Counted from the first letter of the stretch, positions 19,294 through 28,092 are shown. The stretch is DNA of 64,000 nucleotides from an uncultured Pseudomonadales bacterium (GCA_964386355.1 CAYLQQ010000003.1:69880-133879); one strand, 5' to 3'. Program-made: numbers and translations. The notes: a model not told the origin generated them from the sequence alone.

Positions 19294-19971
19294 ATGGTTC
19301 AAGAAATATACAAAAACCCTTCTTCAACAAAAGCTACCCAGTCAGCAAAGCAATCGTTTCCTCTTAGCCGTACCATGCTTGCCGATCTTGAAAAAGATCT
19401 ACGCCATATGGGTAAAAGTTTTTTTGCTGGTTTTGATAGTTATCCAAAAGCTATTAAATTTGAAAGTCAAGAAACAAAAGAACAGATTATTCTTTTGCTT
19501 CGACGTCATTTTATTACAAATATTCCATGGATTTTAATGGCTGCATTTCTCATTTTTTTATCCTTCCTCTTTCCCTTTTTTGGTGTATTAGAGCTTTTAC
19601 CGGGGCAGTATCAGATGATGACTTACATATTGTGGTATTTATTGGTGGCAGCGTATGTAATAGAAAAGACATTATCATGGCTATATAATGTGTACATCAT
19701 TACGGATGAGCGCATCGTGGATATTGACTTTTACTCGCTTGTCTATAAAAGAATATCTGAGGCAAAAATAGAAAAAATTGAAGATGTAACATATATTCAG
19801 GGCGGATTTATTCAGTCTCTATTTGATTTTGGTACTGTTACTATCCAAACAGCAGCAGAGAAACGAGAATTTGAGATGGAGTTTGTTCCCCAACCATCCC
19901 GTCTGGCAAAAGTACTAAATCAATTAATATTACAGGAAGAACAAGAAAAAATTGAGGGGAGGGTAAATTAA
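19294..19971 (+). CDS. Membrane protein with a bacterial PH (bPH_2/DUF304, YdbT-like) domain
   Basis: Two TM helices followed by ...ITDERIVDIDFYSLVYKRISEAKIEKIEDVTYIQGGFIQSLFDFGTVTIQTA, typical of bPH_2. Confidence 0.5.
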   Translation: MVQEIYKNPSSTKATQSAKQSFPLSRTMLADLEKDLRHMGKSFFAGFDSYPKAIKFESQETKEQIILLLRRHFITNIPWILMAAFLIFLSFLFPFFGVLELLPGQYQMMTYILWYLLVAAYVIEKTLSWLYNVYIITDERIVDIDFYSLVYKRISEAKIEKIEDVTYIQGGFIQSLFDFGTVTIQTAAEKREFEMEFVPQPSRLAKVLNQLILQEEQEKIEGRVN

Positions 19972-19972
19972 T

Positions 19973-20212
19973 ATGGCAAACATAATGGAAACACTTCCTC
20001 CCGAGACAGTTACCGTGGCTTTGTTACTATTAAAACTGATGTATCTTGTTGCAATAGGATTATATGTTGCTTTTGCAGTATTGGTTGTTCGCCAAATATC
20101 ACTAATGACCGGTACTCTTATCAGCTCTTTATCTCAACATATCAAATTAATCGGATTTATCCACCTACTTATCGCAATCGGTGCCTTTATTTTCGCGTTG
20201 GTAATTTTATAA
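19973..20212 (+). CDS. Small two-TM membrane protein
   Basis: 79 aa, hydrophobic, translationally coupled to the upstream gene. Confidence 0.3.
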   Translation: MANIMETLPPETVTVALLLLKLMYLVAIGLYVAFAVLVVRQISLMTGTLISSLSQHIKLIGFIHLLIAIGAFIFALVIL

Positions 20213-20284
20213 ATACGCTTCTTACCAAACTGCAATAATGTAGTTTTTTATCTATTCCGTATACAATGTTTGTAACCCAGCAAT

Positions 20285-22075
20285 GTGGGTTTAATTGTTA
20301 TGCCCATTAATACTACCATTATCCATGGCCTAAAAGAGCAGTTAACTCAAAACCAAACTAATCAATCTCATACAATTGTTGAGTGGCACGAGGCTACTCA
20401 GCGGTTTGTGAGTGTTGAAATGCAACCTTTGCTGTATGGTTTGGATATCACTTCGTATGCAAAACAAATAACTGCTCAATTACAGGCTTCAATTCCAACG
20501 TTTACTCAACTTGTATCTTGGCTGTCTGGCATAGACCCAAAAGTAGTTAAGTGTTCCGTATTAGTAGGACAATTTAAGCAAAAGGGTAATGAAATGCATA
20601 TGGAACTGCAATCATCTACACCGCAAATGGTTTTATTAAAGAGAGGTAGGGAGTTGTATCAGATGATTATTACTGCGGAAGGAGTTTCAGGCACATTCGT
20701 TGCAGGTGATATGTTACTAGCCGGCAACCAGCATATGCTTGAGCGTATAAAATCCATTTCTCAATCGGAGATTGAAAAGCTACAAGCGCTAATCGAAAAC
20801 CTTTCTAAAGCATATCAATTATCCAGCAAAATTATCGTAATGGAAAGCTTCAAGAAGAAGATCAGTCCCCGTGCTCTAATGTGGCTTAAAAGGACAACCT
20901 CTAATCTAATATCAAGAAAAAATATATCAAGTCCTTCAACACTTGTTCCTGATATTTTGCAACGAAAACCAATACTATTGGATAAAAGAAGAAAATATGC
21001 CCTCATTCTATCAATCGTATTTTTAATGCTGCTTACAACTAGTGTTGGTTTGGGTATTTCCAAGCGTCAGCAGTTTATGAAATCTCAAAAAGAGCAACAG
21101 CTTATCGATAATGTACGTTACCGGCTGGAGCAAGCCAAATCACTAGAGCAACTCAACCCAGCAAGAGCTAAGGTGCTGCTTACGGAAGCAAGGCAGGCAT
21201 TGCAAGCGTACAAAACTGAAAACCAGCTATCTTCGCAAATGGTGCAAAATCTAGACCGTGAGGTAGCTCTTGCGTATGAACTTGTATCCGGTCTCATTTT
21301 AGTACAAGAGGTGCCCCAGTATTTTGACCCACTTTTGATAAAAGATGTATTTATACCAACACAAATGACACTTTCAGATGATGAAATAAGTCTATTGGAT
21401 ACATCAAATAAGATTGCAGGAACAGTCTCTTTGGAGTCAAAATCATCTAAAGTGATTGCAGGAAGCTCAGTAATACAGTCAAATTCGAGGATTGCATCAG
21501 TACCAACTTGGCTGTTTCTACTATCAGGAAATAAGCTATCAGTTGTTGATAAACTGAGCCAAAAACAGATTAAGAGCTTTACTCTGTCAAAAACTGAGGT
21601 GTCTGATCTGGTTGGGTATGGGAATAATTTGTATGTTTTGGATGTGCTAGCCGGTCAAGTATTGCGGTTTAGGGGGACCAAAGATGGTTTATCAAAATCT
21701 GAGGAATTTTTTAACGAGCAACAAGACCTAAGTGGGGCGGTAGGTATATCAGTGGATGGGTCTGTTTGGGTGTTATACAAAGATGGTTCACTGGAAAAAT
21801 ACACAAGTGGTTTGAGGGACGCCCTTTTTCCCGATTTTGGTTTGGATAAACCAATACAAGAAGCAAGTTATATTTTTACTGATGAAAATCAAAAAGATGT
21901 ATATATACTAGACAAAAAACAGGGAAGGGTTATTGCTGTAAGCAAGCGCGGTGAATTTGTAGCTGAGTATAGCTGGGAAGGCCTTAAAATGTGTGATGAT
22001 TTTGTCGTATCCGAGGCAATCGGTAAAATTCTGGTCTTAAAAGATGGTAAGATATGGGGAATTGGGTTAAAATAA
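20285..22075 (+). CDS. Hypothetical single-pass membrane protein with a large C-terminal domain
   Basis: 596 aa with a TM around residue 250. No motif recognised. Confidence 0.4.
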   Translation: MGLIVMPINTTIIHGLKEQLTQNQTNQSHTIVEWHEATQRFVSVEMQPLLYGLDITSYAKQITAQLQASIPTFTQLVSWLSGIDPKVVKCSVLVGQFKQKGNEMHMELQSSTPQMVLLKRGRELYQMIITAEGVSGTFVAGDMLLAGNQHMLERIKSISQSEIEKLQALIENLSKAYQLSSKIIVMESFKKKISPRALMWLKRTTSNLISRKNISSPSTLVPDILQRKPILLDKRRKYALILSIVFLMLLTTSVGLGISKRQQFMKSQKEQQLIDNVRYRLEQAKSLEQLNPARAKVLLTEARQALQAYKTENQLSSQMVQNLDREVALAYELVSGLILVQEVPQYFDPLLIKDVFIPTQMTLSDDEISLLDTSNKIAGTVSLESKSSKVIAGSSVIQSNSRIASVPTWLFLLSGNKLSVVDKLSQKQIKSFTLSKTEVSDLVGYGNNLYVLDVLAGQVLRFRGTKDGLSKSEEFFNEQQDLSGAVGISVDGSVWVLYKDGSLEKYTSGLRDALFPDFGLDKPIQEASYIFTDENQKDVYILDKKQGRVIAVSKRGEFVAEYSWEGLKMCDDFVVSEAIGKILVLKDGKIWGIGLK

Positions 22076-22131
22076 CGGGAACAATAGCCATTTTGCCATT
22101 TTATATAAGAAGAAATTGAGTACAAACGAAT

Positions 22132-22569
22132 ATGAAGATTGTGAATAAATATGCAAGTTACGAATTTCAACTTTTTGACCGTTTTGAAGCTGGTATTGTT
22201 CTTATTGGGTCAGAAGTAAAAAGTGTCAAGCTAGGACGGGTATCATTAAAAGATGGCTTTGTAAAAATTGTTGGTGGAGAGCTATTGCTGCTTAATGTTC
22301 TGATCTCTCCTTATTCATTTGCTGATAACGAAAAGTACGAACCTAAACGGACCCGCAAGCTGCTCATGCACAAAAGCGAGATTCTGAAACTTTCCCAAAA
22401 ATTGGATACCAAACGCATGACGCTAGTTCCGACTGCTATGTATGTAAAGCAAGGAAAAATTAAAGTTGAAATAGCTTTGGCAAAAGGGAAAATGGAATTT
22501 GAAAAACGGGATGCAATCCGCAAGCGCGACCAGATGAGAGAGCAAGAAAAAATACTGAAGAGGTTTTAG
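22132..22569 (+). CDS. smpB: SsrA-binding protein
   Basis: FEAGIVLIGSEVKSV...KIVGGELLLLNVLISPY...KRTRKLLMHK matches the SmpB family. Confidence 0.9.
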   Translation: MKIVNKYASYEFQLFDRFEAGIVLIGSEVKSVKLGRVSLKDGFVKIVGGELLLLNVLISPYSFADNEKYEPKRTRKLLMHKSEILKLSQKLDTKRMTLVPTAMYVKQGKIKVEIALAKGKMEFEKRDAIRKRDQMREQEKILKRF

Positions 22570-22638
22570 GTGATAGGTTATAGTAGGGAACGAAAACTTT
22601 CGTTATAGTTTGTTGGGATGATCAGCAACTTGCCCATT

Positions 22639-23154
22639 TTATTTCTTTAAATCAACAGCATTTACAATGCAGACTTTACCAATATTTCTTTTCATTAGTT
22701 CAATCGCGTCTTGATGGAATTTGAGCCCATGGTGTGAAGCGCATAGGTCTTCAATAACTTTCACATTATGATCTTTTTCAAATGCTGCAAATGCGCTGGC
22801 AAGAACACATGCGTCAGTGTCAATTCCGCACAGGTAGAGCTCAACATCTTTCTTATTTGCAAGATACCTAACAAATTCATCTGATCCGAATATTGAAAAT
22901 GTATGTTTATTAAACGTGTGATGCTTGTTGGCATACGGAACTAACTCAGAAGCCAGTTCGACTTCTTTGCCATGCATCATATGGTTCCAAGCGAAAAGTT
23001 TAACAAAGTTAGAATTGGGATGATTTACGTACTGGAAGAAAACAACATCATTAAATACATGGGCTTCTATGCACTCTGCAATAGCCTTGGGAAGATGTAT
23101 TGTATGATCGTTTAGAAAATAGGTTTGGACATCAACAACAACCAAGATCTTCAT
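22639..23154 (-). CDS. Isochorismatase-family cysteine hydrolase
   Basis: MKILVVVDVQTYF and LCGIDTDACV (catalytic Cys) motifs. Confidence 0.65.
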   Translation of the reverse strand: MKILVVVDVQTYFLNDHTIHLPKAIAECIEAHVFNDVVFFQYVNHPNSNFVKLFAWNHMMHGKEVELASELVPYANKHHTFNKHTFSIFGSDEFVRYLANKKDVELYLCGIDTDACVLASAFAAFEKDHNVKVIEDLCASHHGLKFHQDAIELMKRNIGKVCIVNAVDLKK

Positions 23155-23192
23155 GATGATAGTTTATTAGTTTATATTCACTATACAAGACT

Positions 23193-23417
23193 TTAATTCC
23201 TAAACACAAAACCAGAATTTGTCTTTAGATATTTTTCAAAATCAAACGCTTTCTTCTTGGTTTCAAACGCAGCATAGAAAACCAATTCGACAGGTCTTAG
23301 GTTTTTTGTATGACTTACAAATTCTTGGCAATGTTCTTTAATTCTATTTTCCAAATTTGTAGAGAAACCGTGATAATAAGATCCGTTTGCTAATTGAAGA
23401 ATATATGCATAATACAT
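23193..23417 (-). CDS. GIY-YIG domain protein (UPF0213/YhbQ-like); likely start at the internal Met
   Basis: YYAYILQLANGSYYHGFSTNLENRIKEH matches the GIY-YIG core. The listed ORF extends to 23495, but its upstream part overlaps the region downstream of the tmRNA. Confidence 0.55.
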   Translation of the reverse strand: MYYAYILQLANGSYYHGFSTNLENRIKEHCQEFVSHTKNLRPVELVFYAAFETKKKAFDFEKYLKTNSGFVFRN

Positions 23418-23576
23418 GCTTTTACTAAGTTTGAAGTACACAAAATGTACTAAAAGGCAGTCCCACTTCACTTTAAAAAGCTTCGCGGAACACACTCCGC
23501 ATCAATGATCACACTAATACGAAAAATAAGAGTGGCCTGCCACGCGAAGCACTTTCTGTTAAGAAAGTGCGGAGTG

Positions 23577-24002
23577 TGGAGATGGGGGGAATCGCACCCC
23601 CGTCTAGCTTTGACTTCTCAATCGTCTACACACGTAGTTTGCTAGTGTACTGAAAAGATGATTAGCAAACGACTCATGTCTTTTCAGTTTAGCCTAAATT
23701 TGATTCCGCTTGGCAATTACGGAACTACACCTATCGTTTGGTTTCACCCACAATCGACTCCGATAAGAAAAGTTATTGTGAATGTCCTTAGAAGCAATTA
23801 AGCGTATAAAGCATTAACTACTGGTCTTTGGAAACTGGCAACTGTTTCGCGGATACTTTCTTTGGCATCAGCTACTACTCGTTGAACTCCAGTTTTGATG
23901 ACGCGTACGTCAGCATTTGTGTTTTGAAATTGTTTTACGACTACATTTCAAAGTCGGTGTGCAGATTTTCAAAGAACAAAACTGTCGAATCTAGGCATCC
24001 CC
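23577..24002 (-). ncRNA. ssrA: tmRNA (transfer-messenger RNA)
   Basis: The reverse-complement 5' end GGGGATGCCTAGATTCGACAG parallels the canonical GGGGCUGAUUCUGGAUUCGACGGG. The 3' end ...GACGGGGGTGCGATTCCCCCCATCTCCA forms a T-arm plus acceptor that pairs with the 5' GGGGATG, including a G3:U70 wobble. The gene lies about 1 kb from smpB and CCA is not encoded. Confidence 0.7.
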
Positions 24003-24079
24003 ATGGTTTGAATTTCCACACTCTATTATACTGGATGGTGTCAAATATTACTTATGTAAGTAAATTGTGGTTAATTTTT

Positions 24080-24781
24080 ATGTTACTGAGTTTGTTGCAC
24101 CTCATTTTCCCTCCTATTTGCCTCTCATGCGATCGATTTGGATATTTTATATGCCCCACATGCCAAAAGGATATGAGTAAGCTCAATGGTTTCATTTGTC
24201 CTGATTGTCTCAAGGTTTGTCCTGATGGTAATCTTCACAACTCATGCAGGGGTAGTGTCGATGGGCTTATTTCCTGTTGGAATTATGAAAAAGTAACGCA
24301 AAAAATTATCAAAGAAATTAAGTACCGGTTTTACTATGCCAGCATAAAAGAATTGATACATAGATTTATAGGACAGAGACAAACATCACAACCGTTTGAA
24401 GCATTTCTTGAATCAAAACCTCTTATCATTCCGATTCCTCTTCATCCAAAGCGCTTGGGTTATCGGGGATTTAATCAGGCTGAATTAATTGCCAGAGAGC
24501 TTCAAAACGCCTGGCAATTAGCCATTAGCACGAAAATACTGATCCGTACAAAATACACTAAACCTCAGGCAGAGCTGACCAAACAGGAGCGAATGCTTAA
24601 CACTAAAGATATGTTTACAGCTAATCCAAAACTGCTCAAATTAGGCGAAAAACCGCTTGAGGGCAGAAATATACTCTTAGTTGATGACGTCTGGACTACA
24701 GGTTCTACCTGTCAGGCATGTGCTAAAGTACTAAAAGGTTTGGGTGCCGAGAAGGTATGGGTGGTAACAGTGGCGAGATAA
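24080..24781 (+). CDS. comFC: ComF-family protein (phosphoribosyltransferase domain, competence protein ComFC-like)
   Basis: N-terminal Cys cluster (CLSC...CPTC...CPDC) and C-terminal PRTase motif ILLVDDVWTTGST. The start is moved to the internal ATG at 24080 because the upstream part of the listed ORF (23828-) overlaps the tmRNA gene. Confidence 0.7.
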   Translation: MLLSLLHLIFPPICLSCDRFGYFICPTCQKDMSKLNGFICPDCLKVCPDGNLHNSCRGSVDGLISCWNYEKVTQKIIKEIKYRFYYASIKELIHRFIGQRQTSQPFEAFLESKPLIIPIPLHPKRLGYRGFNQAELIARELQNAWQLAISTKILIRTKYTKPQAELTKQERMLNTKDMFTANPKLLKLGEKPLEGRNILLVDDVWTTGSTCQACAKVLKGLGAEKVWVVTVAR

Positions 24782-24784
24782 TAA

Positions 24785-25009
24785 CTACTCAGTTATTCGA
24801 AGATATGTAGCTATTCCCCATAGTAAACCTGCAAAAATATAATACAAACAGTATTTAGTAGAATCTTTACCTGTAATTTCAAGCATAGTGGATACATGTT
24901 TGTCGTACCACCACACTCGTTTCTGAACTAAACCCATTGCACCTATACCTAACAAAAAGATAGTTACGAGTATGCTTCCGCTAAGTAAAATTAAGTATAT
25001 TATGCTCAT
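24785..25009 (-). CDS. Small two-TM membrane protein (hypothetical)
   Basis: ORF of 74 aa, hydrophobic. Confidence 0.25.
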   Translation of the reverse strand: MSIIYLILLSGSILVTIFLLGIGAMGLVQKRVWWYDKHVSTMLEITGKDSTKYCLYYIFAGLLWGIATYLRITE

Positions 25010-25020
25010 AAAATAATCTG

Positions 25021-25103
25021 CGGAAGGGGCGAGATTCGAACTCGCGAAGCTTTCGCTTGCCGGTTTTCAAGACCGGTGCACTCGACCACTATGCGACCCT
25101 TCC
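25021..25103 (-). tRNA. tRNA-Ser (anticodon UGA), class II with a long variable arm
   Basis: Reverse complement GGAAGGGTCGCATAGTGGTCGAGTGCACCGGTCTTGAAAACCGG...GCGAGTTCGAATCTCGCCCCTTCCG folds as a cloverleaf. Anticodon loop CTTGAAA. Confidence 0.85.
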
Positions 25104-25400
25104 ATCAAAATTTCTTGCTTACTGCATTATTTAAACTTACTGATTTGACCACTACCCTGTTGTATTAACAACAGGGCGGCCTGTTCCTATCGGAACATGC
25201 ACGGTGCGACCCTTCCAGATATCCAATTTTCCGAACTTTTCTATCAAACAATCGGATTTGACCACTATACTAAAACTTTCAGTTTCAGCAAGATCTCTCT
25301 GTGCTTTGCACAAAATAGATGCGGTACGATTCTTCCCTGATGTGCTATTTTAACCCGAAACGGACAACTTTTCATCTTGGGTTATCGGCTCAATTTGTGC
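25104..25400. repeat. Three degenerate direct-repeat units, each containing a copy of the tRNA-Ser 5' end (tgcgacccttcc) and ending in gatttgaccac
   Basis: Unit ...ggtgcgacccttccagatatccaattttccgaacttttctatcaaacaatcggatttgaccac at 25203-25265 is about 95% identical to 28938-29003. A weaker copy gcggtacgattcttccctgat is at about 25320. Confidence 0.5.
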
Positions 25401-25414
25401 TATTATAAACTACT

Positions 25415-26041
25415 ATGGATCAAGTACATACTTCTCAAACTGACCCACATACAAACCAAAATTTTGATCCCAACGTAGCTACCTACCAAGAACCAATGCC
25501 TGTGTCTGTAGTTCGTGAACCGATGAAAGTACTTTTGGCATGGAGATCAGCGTCAAGGCCTTTTGAGCGAAAAGACAGGGAATTTTATACGACAGCTGGT
25601 TCAATCATTTTTCTCGTGTGTGTAATTCTGCTATTTATTAAAGAATTTCTTTTTATTATGGCCATCATTGCCATGGCCTTTTTTTATTACATTATTACTT
25701 CGGTTGAGCCTGAAAAAGTTGAACACAGGATCACAAATAAAGGGGTATTTTCTATTGATAAACTGTATGAATGGGCTCAATTAGGACGGTTTTGGTTTGA
25801 AACTAAACTTGGACAGGAAGTAGTAATGATAGAAAATTTTGTTAGCTTGCCACCTCGTCTCATGATTGTGTTAGGAGAACAAAAGAAAGAAGCAATCCAA
25901 TCAATATTAGAAAAATACTTGATCATGGAAAAACCTGAGCTTGGTCAAGTAGAAAAAATGGGTGCCTGGTTACAAAAGAAGGTTAATGTTGAAAGTTCAA
26001 CGCAAACAAAGTCCCCAAATCCACCCCAAACTAAACCCTGA
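25415..26041 (+). CDS. Hypothetical membrane protein
   Basis: ORF of 208 aa with central TM helices. Confidence 0.4.
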   Translation: MDQVHTSQTDPHTNQNFDPNVATYQEPMPVSVVREPMKVLLAWRSASRPFERKDREFYTTAGSIIFLVCVILLFIKEFLFIMAIIAMAFFYYIITSVEPEKVEHRITNKGVFSIDKLYEWAQLGRFWFETKLGQEVVMIENFVSLPPRLMIVLGEQKKEAIQSILEKYLIMEKPELGQVEKMGAWLQKKVNVESSTQTKSPNPPQTKP

Positions 26042-26086
26042 TAAATTGCTTTTAATCTGATAAAATATCGATTGCAGAAATGGATT

Positions 26087-26158
26087 GCTCTCATAGTTCA
26101 ATGGATAGAACAGGGGTTTGCGGAACCTCAGATGCAAGTTCGATTCTTGCTGGGAGCA
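26087..26158 (+). tRNA. tRNA-Arg; the anticodon reads GCG
   Basis: GCTCTCA-TA-GTTC-AATGGATA-GAAC-A-GGGGT-TTGCGGA-ACCTC-AGAT-GCAAG-TTCGATT-CTTGC-TGGGAGC-A. CCA is not encoded. Confidence 0.7.
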
Positions 26159-26164
26159 CTAAAT

Positions 26165-26193
26165 GAGACCGTTAGATTTTGGTCTCTTTTTTT
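26165..26193 (+). terminator. Rho-independent terminator after tRNA-Arg
   Basis: gagacc-gttagattttg-ggtctc followed by TTTTTTT. Confidence 0.5.
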
Positions 26194-26407
26194 ACGAGTT
26201 ATAACTGTATTATCATACCTAATTGCTGTTTCCACTAGGTGAAATGCAATTTTCCTTATCTCATAGTAGGCTTATAAGTAATTCGATTTGTCGTTCTTAG
26301 TTTTATTCTAATCCGTTTCTTTGTGAAACACCCCACTTCTTCAATTGAACTCGTATCTTTATAGTTTCCAATTACGGACTAAAAAACGAGACCGTTTTCT
26401 AACGGTT

Positions 26408-26482
26408 GCGCACTAAATACGTCATATGGATAGAACAGGGGTTTGCGGTCCCGCATATGCGGGACGATTCCAGCTGGGAGCA
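26408..26482 (+). pseudogene. tRNA-like remnant, chimeric: the D/anticodon region is identical to tRNA-Arg(GCG) and the 3' T/acceptor end resembles tRNA-Arg(CCG). It has no pairing 5' acceptor strand
   Basis: atggatagaacaggggtttgcgg is shared with 26099-26122. ...acgattccagctgggagca is shared with the 29618-29640 T-arm/acceptor. The 5' strand gcgcact cannot pair with TGGGAGC. Confidence 0.45.
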
Positions 26483-26500
26483 CGTATTATTGCTAAGCTA

Positions 26501-27280
26501 CTATTTTAGAAAAGATGCAGCCTCCTGATCTATAAATATCTTTACCTTTTCTCCCACATTTCTCAGAGCTGATGCTGGACAATCTTCAGATATAGGATCT
26601 AGTAAGCTTTCTCTAAGCAGCTCGGCATATTTTGTACCATAACAAACCAGTAGTATTTCTTTTGAATCAAGGATGGTCCCAATACCTTGGGTTAGGGCAG
26701 ACTCGGGTGAAGACTGTCCCCGTTCTTTCTGGTCACGCTCAACCGTTTCTTTACATAGTTGTGCGAGGTGAGTTCGCGAGGAAAAAGAAGTACCCCGCTC
26801 GTTAAATCCTATATGACACCCCGGTCCTATTCCGAGTATGGAAAGTTCGATTGGGTGTCGTGCAATCAACTCCTCATAGTGTAATGCCTCTTGTTTCGGA
26901 TCTTGTGCTTCTCCGTTTAGTGAGAAAATGCGTTCAGGAGCAATATGGAAAGGTCGATAAACGAGATCAGTCAGATATTTGACAAAACTGTAGGGCTCAG
27001 TCGGGTTGCATGGGAAATACTCATCAAGGTGAAATGCATATGTGTTACTAAAATCAGTTGTGCCGGATTCGATAAACTTAGATATTTCCTGGTAAACAGC
27101 TATTTTCGAATTGCCTGTAGCGTAACTGACAACCAGATCGGGTTTACTGCCAACCCTATCTGCAATGTAGGAAGCACATCCCTGGGATGTGGCCATCTCA
27201 TCAGAGTAGATGCGAATTTCTTTGATTTCGGGGTGAAAAAATGTTGTGTAGTTCATATATCTATGTATAGCACTACACAT
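26501..27280 (-). CDS. nagB: Glucosamine-6-phosphate deaminase/isomerase family (NagB/6-phosphogluconolactonase fold)
   Basis: VVSYATGNS and AFHLDEYFP motifs. Confidence 0.65.
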   Translation of the reverse strand: MCSAIHRYMNYTTFFHPEIKEIRIYSDEMATSQGCASYIADRVGSKPDLVVSYATGNSKIAVYQEISKFIESGTTDFSNTYAFHLDEYFPCNPTEPYSFVKYLTDLVYRPFHIAPERIFSLNGEAQDPKQEALHYEELIARHPIELSILGIGPGCHIGFNERGTSFSSRTHLAQLCKETVERDQKERGQSSPESALTQGIGTILDSKEILLVCYGTKYAELLRESLLDPISEDCPASALRNVGEKVKIFIDQEAASFLK

Positions 27281-27285
27281 ATATT

Positions 27286-28092
27286 TTATGAAGAGGTTAA
27301 TCCTTTAGATTTTAAAATTACCCGCTTCATATACGCATCAATAATTTTACCTAGTAACTTTTTAAATATACTTAAACGCACGGGATAAAAGTAATCTGAC
27401 TCAAACCAACCCATTTCCTTAAAGTGATTATGGTCTTTATTATCTTGCTGACTGTACTTGTGGCCTGAGCGGGTCAAATGGAAAATAAGAACTCTGAAAA
27501 GACTAGGACTGTATTTATTCACCGATGATAAAGCCCCTTCAATTCTCTGAATCTGTTTTTGCAGACCACGTTCAATCATACGCTGTTCGTTTTTGCTCCA
27601 GGCTAGTCCCGGATTGTATGCACCCGAGGTTAGGGTGAAGATACTTCCTTTCACAAAAATACCGCCCCAGAACCCTACTGTATCTTTGAAGTATTTTTCA
27701 ATCGTATCTCCACCATATACTCCCTGGGTAATGATTGAGGAAAAAACTTTCTTGAAAAAACGAGGTCGGTGATAGACAAATGCAAAGCGGTCAAAGAAAT
27801 TTTTCATCAAACCCGATACGTTTAGAGAGTAATTTGGGGTAGTAAATACAATACAGTCTGCTCTGTCCATCTTTTCTAAGATCATAGTCTTATCGTCTTT
27901 GAGCGGACATAGGTCTTCACCTCTAGAAAGGCAAACGGCACAACCTTTGCACATCTGCAGATTGAGGTCCTTTAAGTAAAGTACTTCGGTTTTGTATCTA
28001 TCTTCTAATAGTTCAACAAAACGTTTGACCACCCGTTGAGATTGACCTATGCGCGGGCTTCCGGCAATGATGAGGATCTTTTTCATATTCAA
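27286..28092 (-). CDS. Flavodoxin-like NAD(P)H-dependent FMN reductase / iron-sulfur flavoprotein family
   Basis: KKILIIAGSPRIGQS (flavodoxin-like P-loop) and CKGCAVCLSRGEDLCP (Cys cluster). Confidence 0.5.
   Translation of the reverse strand: MNMKKILIIAGSPRIGQSQRVVKRFVELLEDRYKTEVLYLKDLNLQMCKGCAVCLSRGEDLCPLKDDKTMILEKMDRADCIVFTTPNYSLNVSGLMKNFFDRFAFVYHRPRFFKKVFSSIITQGVYGGDTIEKYFKDTVGFWGGIFVKGSIFTLTSGAYNPGLAWSKNEQRMIERGLQKQIQRIEGALSSVNKYSPSLFRVLIFHLTRSGHKYSQQDNKDHNHFKEMGWFESDYFYPVRLSIFKKLLGKIIDAYMKRVILKSKGLTSS

Noticed and set aside
22589-22610. Hairpin aacgaaa-ac-tttcgtt after smpB as a terminator
   Set aside because: The loop is too short for the full stem, and the downstream T-tract is weak.
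23828-24079. N-terminal 84 codons of the listed ORF 23828..24781
   Set aside because: This stretch overlaps the tmRNA gene on the opposite strand and has no similarity to ComF proteins. The ComFC-like protein most plausibly starts at the ATG at 24080.
25104-25400. Possible CRISPR array suggested by direct repeats near the tRNAs
   Set aside because: The units are degenerate, unequal in length, carry tRNA-derived sequence, lack unique spacers of regular size, and have no cas genes nearby.
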